From: an uncultured Gemmatimonadales bacterium
GTDB taxonomy: Bacteria; Gemmatimonadota; Gemmatimonadetes; Longimicrobiales; RSA9
Assembly: GCA_963741945.1 (NCBI GenBank)
Contig: CAVUKA010000003.1
Location: 64,001 to 128,000, forward strand
Reading direction: 5' to 3'
DNA: 64,000 bases
Shown here: piece after piece, positions 17,182 through 25,519 of the stretch
Position numbering within the stretch: position 1 is the stretch's first letter
Layout: each line of letters begins with the position of its first letter
Program-made: the position numbers and the translations under genes
Notes under the pieces: generated by a model
Told to the model about the DNA's origin: nothing
Databases searched by the model: none
The model's input: the letters and a program-made list of their open reading frames with translations, nothing else

Positions 17182-18945
17182 TGCAGTTCCCGTTCCCGTT
17201 CCCGCGACCGCGATGACCGCGCTCGCCCCCGGAACCCGGACCCGCCCCCGATCCAGCTTCGCCCCCTCCCCACTGGCGAGCGCGATGCTCCAGGCGGCGG
17301 ATGGCAGAACGACCGCGGCAGCTTCCTGGCCGAAGTTGCACGCCACGAGTACGTCTCCCCTCCGCACGACCAGCGTGCGGGCGTCCTCATCGGCGCTGGC
17401 GTCCACCGCGTCCACGGCCCCCGCGCCCAGCTCCGGCCGGCGTCGCCGGAGCGCGATCAGCGCCCGGTACCAGGCCTCCATGGAGGCGTGTGGCTCCGCC
17501 TCCCGCTCCGACCAGCGCAGTTTCGAGCGCTCGAACGTGGCGGGGTCCTGCGGGTCCGGCACCGCCTCGGGGTCCCAGCCGAACGCCGCGAACTCACCGC
17601 GCCGCCCCTCGCGCACCGCGCGCCCGAGCTCCGGGTCCGGGTGGTCGGTGAAGTACTGGAACGGCGATGACGCGGCCCATTCCTCCCCCTGGAACAGCAT
17701 GGGCACGAACGGCGAGGTGAGCACGAGCGCGGCCGCCACCTTCTGCAGCTCCAGCCCCGCCAGCGCGGCAATGCGATCACCCACCGCCCGGTTCCCCACC
17801 TGGTCGTGCGTCTGGATGTAGCCGAGGAAGCGGGAGCCCGGGATCCCGGCGGCGGCCCGGCCGTGGCGCTTCCCGCGGTATGCCGAGTAGCGGCCGGCGT
17901 ACACGTAGGCGTGGCGGAGCGCCCGGACGATGTCGGCGAGCGCGCCGAAGTCGCCGTAATAGCCCGCGGTCTCCCCCGTGAGCGCCGCGTGGAGGGCGTG
18001 GTGGAAGTCGTCGCTCCACTGCGCGTCCAGCCCGTAACCGCCCACCGCGCGCTCGCGCACCAGGCGGGGGTCGTTCAGGTCGCTCTCGGCGATCAGCCAG
18101 AGCGGCCGCCCCAGCTCCGCTTCCAGCGCACGGGTTTCGGCCGCCAGCTCCTCGAGGATGTGCACCGCGGACGTGTCCACGATGGCGTGCACCGCGTCCA
18201 GCCGCAGTCCGTCGATCCGGTAGTCACGGAGCCACATGCGCGCGTTGTCCAGGAAGAAGCGGCGCACTTCGTCGCTCCCCCAGCCATCCAGGTTCGGCGC
18301 GTCGCCCCACGGCGTCTGGTAGCGATCGGTGAAGTACGGGCCGAACTCCGCCAGGTAGTTCCCGCTCGGCCCCAGGTGGTTGTAGACCACGTCCAGGATC
18401 ACGCCCAGACCGAGGCCATGGCACGCGGCCACGAACCGCTTCAAGGCGGCCGGGCCACCGTACGCCTCGTGGACGGCGAAGAGGTCCACGCCGTCGTACC
18501 CCCAGCCGTGGCGCCCGGGGAACGCATTCACCGGCATGAGCGACACCGCGTCCACCCCCAGCGCCACCAGGTGATCCAGCCGCTCGATCGCCGAGTCCAG
18601 CGTGCCCTCGGGCGTGAACGTCCCCGGGTGCAGCTCGTACAGCACGGAGCGCGGCAGATCCAGCCCTTGCCAGGCGACGTCGGGCCACTCGAACCCGTGG
18701 CCCACCACCCGGCTCGGGCCATGCACCCCCGCCGGCTGCCAGCGCGAGCGCGGGTCGGGTCGCGGCTCACCGCCATCCAGGGAGAACGCGTAGTCGGTGC
18801 CCGGCCCCGCGTCCGGCACCTCCAGGTGCCACCACCCCCCGAAACCGGAACGGCGGCCCGCGCCGCGAAGCATCGGCCGCCGGTCGTCGCCGAGAACGAG
18901 GTCCACGCGCTCCGCGGCCGGTGCCCAGACTTCGAACAGGCTCAC
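17173..18945 (-). CDS. treZ: Malto-oligosyltrehalose trehalohydrolase (GH13)
   Basis: FEVWAP, PDPRSRWQPAGVHGPS, WGYDGV, LDVVYNHLGPSGNYL, DGLRLDAVHAI, IAESDLNDP, HDQVGNRA; GTGA overlap with treY. Confidence 0.96.
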   Translation of the reverse strand: MSLFEVWAPAAERVDLVLGDDRRPMLRGAGRRSGFGGWWHLEVPDAGPGTDYAFSLDGGEPRPDPRSRWQPAGVHGPSRVVGHGFEWPDVAWQGLDLPRSVLYELHPGTFTPEGTLDSAIERLDHLVALGVDAVSLMPVNAFPGRHGWGYDGVDLFAVHEAYGGPAALKRFVAACHGLGLGVILDVVYNHLGPSGNYLAEFGPYFTDRYQTPWGDAPNLDGWGSDEVRRFFLDNARMWLRDYRIDGLRLDAVHAIVDTSAVHILEELAAETRALEAELGRPLWLIAESDLNDPRLVRERAVGGYGLDAQWSDDFHHALHAALTGETAGYYGDFGALADIVRALRHAYVYAGRYSAYRGKRHGRAAAGIPGSRFLGYIQTHDQVGNRAVGDRIAALAGLELQKVAAALVLTSPFVPMLFQGEEWAASSPFQYFTDHPDPELGRAVREGRRGEFAAFGWDPEAVPDPQDPATFERSKLRWSEREAEPHASMEAWYRALIALRRRRPELGAGAVDAVDASADEDARTLVVRRGDVLVACNFGQEAAAVVLPSAAWSIALASGEGAKLDRGRVRVPGASAVIAVAGTGTGTATA

Positions 18946-21608
18946 CCGCCCTCCCGCTCCAGCAGCGCCACGGGGAAGCGGCCCAGGAGTGAGCGGACGG
19001 GCGCCTCGCCGCCCTGGACTCGCTCGCCGGTGAACGCGTCCACCCACGACCCCTCCGGCAGGACCACCGTGGTGCCGCGCCATCCGCCCAGGGCGGCGAG
19101 CCCCACGGGGAGCCGGGGCACCACGGCGGCGAAGCGACCGCCCCGCACAAAGCCGAGCACGTGCCGCGATGCCGTCCCATCCGCCTCCAGCGGCTCGTAC
19201 GACGCTCCCGTGCCGAGCGCGGCGCCCCCACGCCGCCTCGCCTGCAGCGCCTCGTGGACCACGCGCAGCTTGGGGCCGCCGCGGTCGAGATGGCGGAGCA
19301 CCTCCCGCGGCGACGCGTCCCTGACCTCCTGCAGGAGGGCGCGCCGGGCCTCGAAGTCCACGGGACGACGGTTATCGGGGTCCACGAGGCTGAGGTCCCA
19401 CAGCTCCGAGCCCTGGTACACGTCGGGTATGCCGGGTGATGTGAGCTGCACGAGCGTCTGCGCCAGCGAGTTGACGCGGCCGGGGCCGGCAATTCGGGCG
19501 GCGAAGCCGTCGATCTCCTTCGACAGCGGACCGGCCAGCGCAGCGTCCACGAACGAGCCGAGCGCGGCCTCGAAACTGTCGTCAGGGTCGGTCCACGACG
19601 TCCGCACCTTCGCCTCCCGGGCCGCTTTCTCCATGTACGGCCGCAGCCGGTCCGGGCCGATCGGCCACGCGCCCACGGCGGTCTGGAGGAGCAGGTACGT
19701 CAGTCCGGGGTCCGGCTCGAGGCCGGACGGCCACGCGGCCGTGGCCGCGCCCCACCAGCGTTGCACCGCTTCCGCCCACCGGGCGGGCATCTCCGCGAGC
19801 ACGAGCAGCCTGGCCCGGACGTCGGCCGAGCGCTTCGTGTCGTGCGTGGACAGGGTGGTCATGGTGCGGGGCCACGCTTCCGCCCGGAGCCCGGCCCGGG
19901 TGTGGAACGCCGCCACCGGGAGCCCCCACCGCCCGGGGTCCAGCCCCACGTCGTTCAGGGCGACGAACCGGTTGTAGCGGTAGAACGCCGTGTCCTCCTC
20001 GCCTTTCGCCGCCACCGCGCCGGTCAGCTGCTGGAACCGCACGCGCAGGCCACCCGCCGCCGGCGCCGTCTCCTCACCGAGGAGTATGCGACGCAGGAAC
20101 GCCAGCAGCTCGCCATCCACGTCCGGCCGCCTCGCTTCCGCATCCGCCACCGCCCGCTCGATCACGGACCGATCCGCACCGTCCGCCCGCCCGTTCTCGG
20201 AGACGTAGCTGCGGTATACCGGGAAATTCGCCGCCACTTCGGCCAGCGCGTCCCGCAACGCCCGGCGGGTGAAGTCGCGGTACCGGCGCCGGTCCTCGCA
20301 GAGCCCGACGAAGAGGTTGGCCAGGCGGTTCAGGTCGGCGCCCAGCAGGTCGCTCAGGATTTCCGTCCTCGCCTCGTACGCCACCTCGCCGTAGCTCCGA
20401 CCATCCCCCGACACCGCCTGCCAGAGCTCCGTCAGCGGCGCCTCACCGCCCGGCTCCAGGAACACGCCCGTGATGTCCGCCAGCACTTCGTATCCCGTGC
20501 TGCCATCCAGCGCCCACGGGCGGAGCGCTTCGTCGGGCATCAGGACCTTCTCCGCCACGATCCACGCGTCCGGCGCTTCCGCCCGCAGCCGCTGGAAATA
20601 GTGTGCGGGGTCGCGGAGCCCGTCCGGGTGATCCACACGCAGCCCGTCCAGCCCGCCCTGCCGGACCAGCGACAGCACGCGACCGTGCACCGCCGCGAAC
20701 ACCCGCGGGTCCTCCGTCCGCAGCGCGGCCAGGGAGTTGATGTCGAAGAAGCGGCGATAGTCCAGCTCCTGGCGCGCCGTGCGCCAGTACGCCAGCCGGT
20801 AGTTCTGGTGGTCCAGCAACGCGTCGAGCGCGTCCGGCGACGCGTTCAGCGCCACCAGCTCGGCATCCAGCGCACCCGCCACCGCCCCGTCCTCCGCCAG
20901 CGAGGCCAGTCGGGCGTCCACCACGGCCACGTCACGCTGCCTCGCTTCGAGCGCGTCGTCCTCCGTGGTCCCCGGCTCCGGCAGCCTGGCCAGGACGCTC
21001 GCGAGGAACCCGAGCTCCCGGGACAGGTCGCCGTGCTCCCGCGCCAGACGCTCCGCCGCCGGCCGCAGGACCCGCGTCAGCGACCGCGGCGAGAGCGGCA
21101 GGGCGTGCTCGTGGTAGCGCACCGTGAGCTCGCCCCCGTCCCGCACCACCCGGATCTTCCCGCCCTCCAGCTCCCGGCCATAGTGGTCGCCGAGCACCGG
21201 CATGAGCACCTGGTCCCTCAGCTTCGGCTCCGGAGGGTCCCAGTCCACGTCGAAGAACGGGGCGAACCGGCTCCCCGGCCCGTTGCGCAGCACGTCCCAC
21301 CACCACGCGTTCTGCCGCCCCGCCGCGGCCATGTGGTTCGGGACGATGTCCACGATGTGGCCCATGCCCGCCCGGCCCAGGGCTTCCAGCAGCCGCGCGT
21401 GGCCCGCCTCCCCACCCAGCGCCTCGCTCACCCGCGTCGGATCCACCACGTCATAGCCGTGCGTGCTCCCCACGGCCGCCTGCAGGTACGGCGACGCGTA
21501 CAGGTGCGAAACCCCGAGCGCGGAGAGGTAGTCCACCACCCCCGCGGCCGCGTCGAAATCGAAGTCGGGGCGGAGCTGGATACGATACGTTGCGCGTGGA
21601 TCCGGCAT
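18942..21608 (-). CDS. treY: Malto-oligosyltrehalose synthase (GH13)
   Basis: ATYRIQL, GSTHGYDVVD, DIVPNHM, YRRFFDINSL, GLRVDHPDGL, STHDTKRS, SLVDPDNRRPVD. Confidence 0.97.
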   Translation of the reverse strand: MPDPRATYRIQLRPDFDFDAAAGVVDYLSALGVSHLYASPYLQAAVGSTHGYDVVDPTRVSEALGGEAGHARLLEALGRAGMGHIVDIVPNHMAAAGRQNAWWWDVLRNGPGSRFAPFFDVDWDPPEPKLRDQVLMPVLGDHYGRELEGGKIRVVRDGGELTVRYHEHALPLSPRSLTRVLRPAAERLAREHGDLSRELGFLASVLARLPEPGTTEDDALEARQRDVAVVDARLASLAEDGAVAGALDAELVALNASPDALDALLDHQNYRLAYWRTARQELDYRRFFDINSLAALRTEDPRVFAAVHGRVLSLVRQGGLDGLRVDHPDGLRDPAHYFQRLRAEAPDAWIVAEKVLMPDEALRPWALDGSTGYEVLADITGVFLEPGGEAPLTELWQAVSGDGRSYGEVAYEARTEILSDLLGADLNRLANLFVGLCEDRRRYRDFTRRALRDALAEVAANFPVYRSYVSENGRADGADRSVIERAVADAEARRPDVDGELLAFLRRILLGEETAPAAGGLRVRFQQLTGAVAAKGEEDTAFYRYNRFVALNDVGLDPGRWGLPVAAFHTRAGLRAEAWPRTMTTLSTHDTKRSADVRARLLVLAEMPARWAEAVQRWWGAATAAWPSGLEPDPGLTYLLLQTAVGAWPIGPDRLRPYMEKAAREAKVRTSWTDPDDSFEAALGSFVDAALAGPLSKEIDGFAARIAGPGRVNSLAQTLVQLTSPGIPDVYQGSELWDLSLVDPDNRRPVDFEARRALLQEVRDASPREVLRHLDRGGPKLRVVHEALQARRRGGAALGTGASYEPLEADGTASRHVLGFVRGGRFAAVVPRLPVGLAALGGWRGTTVVLPEGSWVDAFTGERVQGGEAPVRSLLGRFPVALLEREGG

Positions 21609-21784
21609 CGGCGGCCCCTCACCGCAGGAAGCGTACTACCGGGCGGAGACGCGAAGAACGCCCGGTCTCACGCGAAGGAGCGAAGAGCGCGGGGGGGGCG
21701 GCTGTGAGGGCGTGGATCGCGGGCGGGACGTCGGCCGTTTGCCGGGAGCTTCTTCTCCCGGCGGCGTTCGCCCCGTCGCCTCTT

Positions 21785-22909
21785 CTACTCCGAGGAGGCC
21801 TGTTCCAGGATCTGCCGGAACTCCGCCAGCGGGACCGCGCCCTGCACCAGCTGGCCGTTGACGAAGAACGTGGGCGTGGCCGCGACCCCGGCGGCGGACG
21901 CGAGCTGCTCCACTCGGGCGAGAATGGTGCCGGGCCGGTTCGAGTGGTAGCACGACTCGAACGCCGCCCTGTCACCGTCGCTGGCTTCCAGGTAGCTGAG
22001 GAAGACCGGGAGAGGGTCGGCCGCCGCCCGCCACTCCGCCTGCCGCACGAACAGCTTCATGTGCACAGGCCAGAAGATGTCGTTCCCCTGCTCCGCCGCG
22101 CAGATCCCGGCCGCCGACGCTTCCTCCGCGTTCGGGAACTTCCCCAGGATGAACGGCAGGTGCACCCACCTCACCTTCCCCGTCTCCATGAACTCGCTGT
22201 AGAGACGCGGGAAGATCTCCGTCGAGAAGCGACGGCAGTACGTGCAGCCGTAGTCACTGAACTCCACCACCGACACCGGCGCAGCGTCCGAGCCGATCAC
22301 CTGCCCCACACCCTTCAGGTCCAGCCAGCTCGGCGCGCCCCGCCGAACCATCGCCACCTGTCCGGTCGGCTCCCGCCCCGCTTCCCGCAGGAGCGAGTCC
22401 ACCACCGCCACCAGCTCAGCCTGGTCGAACGCCCCCGTCACCGTGCGACGGATCCGACCCTTCGCGTCGATCAGGAACGACGTCGGCAGCGTCTCCACGT
22501 TCCCGTACGCCTGCGACGCCAGCCCCGTGGCCCGGGCCACCGGGTACGTGATTCCACGCTGCTCCAGGAACCACCGGATCTGGTCGTCGCTCAGCTGGTA
22601 GTCCGTGGACAGACCGAGGACCGTGAAGCCGTCATCCTTCCTCGCCTCGTACACCTGCTCGAATCCCGGCATCTCGAGCCGGCACGGCGGACACCACGTC
22701 GCCCAGAAATTCAGAAGCACCACCTGCCCCCGCATCTCCGACAGCGACACCAACCGACCATCCAACCGCTGCACGTTGATCTCCGGCGCCCGCTCCCCCG
22801 CCGGCGACAGCGACGGCAGCAGACGGTACGCCGCAACGGTCAGCACCGCCGCCCCCACCACCGTCACGGCGGCAATCCGGAGTGTTCTGGAACGGTCCAC
22901 CCGAGTCAT
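21785..22909 (-). CDS. Membrane-anchored TlpA/ResA-like redoxin fused to DsbA-like (Thioredoxin_4) domain
   Basis: TM anchor; LLNFWATWCPPC...LPTSFLID; second domain VVEFSDYGCTYC...GVAATPTFFVNG. Confidence 0.88.
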   Translation of the reverse strand: MTRVDRSRTLRIAAVTVVGAAVLTVAAYRLLPSLSPAGERAPEINVQRLDGRLVSLSEMRGQVVLLNFWATWCPPCRLEMPGFEQVYEARKDDGFTVLGLSTDYQLSDDQIRWFLEQRGITYPVARATGLASQAYGNVETLPTSFLIDAKGRIRRTVTGAFDQAELVAVVDSLLREAGREPTGQVAMVRRGAPSWLDLKGVGQVIGSDAAPVSVVEFSDYGCTYCRRFSTEIFPRLYSEFMETGKVRWVHLPFILGKFPNAEEASAAGICAAEQGNDIFWPVHMKLFVRQAEWRAAADPLPVFLSYLEASDGDRAAFESCYHSNRPGTILARVEQLASAAGVAATPTFFVNGQLVQGAVPLAEFRQILEQASSE

Positions 22910-22993
22910 CTCCTCGCAGTATATGTCTGGTGACGAATATAGTCGATCACCACCGCCCGCGGTACCCGGTCGCCCCCACTCACCCGCGGCGCC

Positions 22994-24130
22994 TCAGCAG
23001 ATCCTCGGCAGCTGCTCGCCCGACAGCATCTCCACCACCCGCATGCCGCCGACGCGGCTGCGCATGAAGACCTTGCCGGGGTGTTCGGCGACGACGGTGC
23101 CGATGTGGGCGGCCTCCCTGCCGAGGGGGTGAGTGCGGAGGATTTCGAGTGCCTCGTCGGCGCGCTCCCGGGGGCAGAACACCACGAGCTTGCCCTCGTT
23201 GGCCACGTAGAGGGGGTCGAGCCCGAGGATCTCGCAGGCGGCGCGGACGTCCTCGTGGACGGGGATGGTGGCGTCGTCGAGCTGGATCCCGACGCCGGCG
23301 CTGCCCGCGATCTCGTTGACGGCGCTGGCCACACCGCCGCGCGTGGGGTCGCGCAGGACGTGGACGTCTTCACCGAGGCCGGTGAGGAGCGCCTGCACCA
23401 TGCCCCAGAGGCAGGCGGAATCGCTTTCGAGGGTGGTCTCGAACTCGAGCCCCTCGCGGACGCTCATGATGGCGATCCCGTGCGTGGCAATGCTACCGCT
23501 GACGAGGATGGCATCGCCCGGACGGGCGCGGGTCGGGGCGATGTCGATGCCCGCGGGGATGATGCCCACGCCGGACGTGTTGATGAACACGCCATCGCCC
23601 TTGCCGCGGTCCACGACCTTGGTGTCGCCGGTGACGATGGGGACGCCCGCGGCGGCCGCGGCCTGGCTCATGGAGACGGCGATGCGCCAGAGGTCCTCCA
23701 TGGGGAAGCCCTCCTCGAGGATGAATCCCGCGGAGAGTGCCATGGGTCGGGCGCCGCACATGGCCAGGTCGTTGACCGTGCCGTGGACGGCCAGGGAGCC
23801 GATGTCGCCGCCGGGGAAGAAGAGCGGGTCGATGACGAACGTGTCCGTGGAGAAGGCCACGCGCTCGCCGCCCACCTGGAGCACGGCGCCGTCGTGCAAC
23901 CGGGCCAGCGTGTCGTTGCCGAACGCGGCCAGGAAGACCTGCTCCGTGAGCATGCGTGAGAACTTCCCGCCACCGCCGTGGGCCAGCACCACGGTGGGAT
24001 ACTGTTCCAGCGGGAGCGGACAGCTCATGGCCGTGGGGTCGACGACGGCGCCAGCGCCGCCATCGCTGCGGGCCCGGTCGTCGCGGGCCTCGTCGAGCTT
24101 CGTCGCCCGCGAGTCGGGTGTGCTCGCCAT
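22994..24130 (-). CDS. hypE: Hydrogenase maturation protein HypE
   Basis: LAHGGGG, PLFFPGGDIGSLAVHGTVNDLAM, TGDTKVV, RDPTRGG, C-terminal GEQLPRIC. Confidence 0.97.
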   Translation of the reverse strand: MASTPDSRATKLDEARDDRARSDGGAGAVVDPTAMSCPLPLEQYPTVVLAHGGGGKFSRMLTEQVFLAAFGNDTLARLHDGAVLQVGGERVAFSTDTFVIDPLFFPGGDIGSLAVHGTVNDLAMCGARPMALSAGFILEEGFPMEDLWRIAVSMSQAAAAAGVPIVTGDTKVVDRGKGDGVFINTSGVGIIPAGIDIAPTRARPGDAILVSGSIATHGIAIMSVREGLEFETTLESDSACLWGMVQALLTGLGEDVHVLRDPTRGGVASAVNEIAGSAGVGIQLDDATIPVHEDVRAACEILGLDPLYVANEGKLVVFCPRERADEALEILRTHPLGREAAHIGTVVAEHPGKVFMRSRVGGMRVVEMLSGEQLPRIC

Positions 24131-24132
24131 GC

Positions 24133-25248
24133 TCACGCTTCCCCGCCGGCCGGCGCCGGGTCGAGGCCGCGGCCGTAATGGTAATAGGCGGCGCACGCGC
24201 CTTCGGAGCTCACCATGGGCGCGCCGAGCGGATGCTCCGGTGTGCAGCGCGCCCCGAACGCGGGGCACTCGGGCGGCTTGCGGATCCCCTGGAGGATCAC
24301 GCCGGCGATGCAGTCGGGCGACTCCTCGGCGGAAATGGCGCCCACGCCGTACCGGCGCTCGGCGTCGAACGCGTGGAACGCGGGCCGCAGCGTGAGTCCG
24401 CTGGCGGGAATCGATCCGATGCCGCGCCACTTCCGGTCGGCGACCATGAACACGCGGCTCACCAGGTCCTGCGCGGCGCGGTTGCCCTCGCGGTTGACCG
24501 CGCGAGCGTACTGGTTCTCGACGCCCCAGCGGCCGTCCTCGAGCATCTCGACGGCCATGAGCGTGCCCTGGAGCAGGTCCGTGGGCTCGAAGCCGGTGAC
24601 GACAATGGGCACCCGGTACTTCTCCGCCAGCGGCTCGTACTCCCAGAACCCCATGACGGCGCACACGTGGCCGGCGGCGAGGAAGGCCTGAACGCGGTTC
24701 TCGTCCGCCGAGAGAATGGCTTCCATGGCGGGCGGCACGAGCACGTGGGAGACCAGCATGGAGAAGTTCTCCAGCCCCAGCTGGCTCGCGTAGTATACCG
24801 CGGCGGCGTTGGCGGGAGCGGTGGTCTCGAAGCCCACACCGAAGAAGACCACCTCGCGCTCCGGCTCCCGCTCGGCGAGGCGCGCGGCGTCGAGCGGGGA
24901 GTAGACGATGCGGACGTCCGCGCCGTCCGCCTTGGCCGAGAGCAGGTCCCCGGCGGAGCCGGGAACGCGCAGCATGTCACCGAAGGAAGTGAACGTGACC
25001 TCCGGGCGCCTCGCGATCTCGAGCGCACGGTCGATCATCTCGAGCGGTGTCACGCACACGGGGCACCCGGGCCCGTGCACCAGCGTGATCTCGGGCGGCA
25101 GCATGCGGTCGATGCCGAACTTCACGAACGTATGCGTCTGCCCGCCACAGATCTCCATGATGGACCACGGCTGCGTGACTCGCCGCTGCAGCGCGGCCAG
25201 CAGCTTCTTCGCGTCCGTCTCGTCCCGGTACTCATCGACGTATCGCAT
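24133..25248 (-). CDS. hypD: Hydrogenase maturation protein HypD
   Basis: [36 protein letters not shown]. Confidence 0.97.
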   Translation of the reverse strand: MRYVDEYRDETDAKKLLAALQRRVTQPWSIMEICGGQTHTFVKFGIDRMLPPEITLVHGPGCPVCVTPLEMIDRALEIARRPEVTFTSFGDMLRVPGSAGDLLSAKADGADVRIVYSPLDAARLAEREPEREVVFFGVGFETTAPANAAAVYYASQLGLENFSMLVSHVLVPPAMEAILSADENRVQAFLAAGHVCAVMGFWEYEPLAEKYRVPIVVTGFEPTDLLQGTLMAVEMLEDGRWGVENQYARAVNREGNRAAQDLVSRVFMVADRKWRGIGSIPASGLTLRPAFHAFDAERRYGVGAISAEESPDCIAGVILQGIRKPPECPAFGARCTPEHPLGAPMVSSEGACAAYYHYGRGLDPAPAGGEA

Positions 25249-25251
25249 GGC

Positions 25252-25509
25252 TCATGACGGCTGAGGGATGTCCAGCTCACCGAGGTCGTCCATTTCCCGC
25301 AGGTACTCCAGCGTGCGCTCCGCCTCCGCCTCGTCCACCACCGTGATGGCGAAGCCCACGTGCACTACGACGTAGTCGCCGAGCTTCACTTCCGGGACGT
25401 ACGCCAGGCACACGTCCTTCTTGATCCCGCCAAAGCTCACCCGCCCCATGGTCATGCCCAGCGGATTCTCATCGATGGACACGATCCTGCCCGGCACTCC
25501 GAGACACAT
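25252..25509 (-). CDS. hypC: Hydrogenase chaperone HypC/HupF
   Basis: MCLGVPG...GDYVVVHVGFAI. Confidence 0.96.
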   Translation of the reverse strand: MCLGVPGRIVSIDENPLGMTMGRVSFGGIKKDVCLAYVPEVKLGDYVVVHVGFAITVVDEAEAERTLEYLREMDDLGELDIPQPS

Positions 25510-25519
25510 CGGCTCCTCC

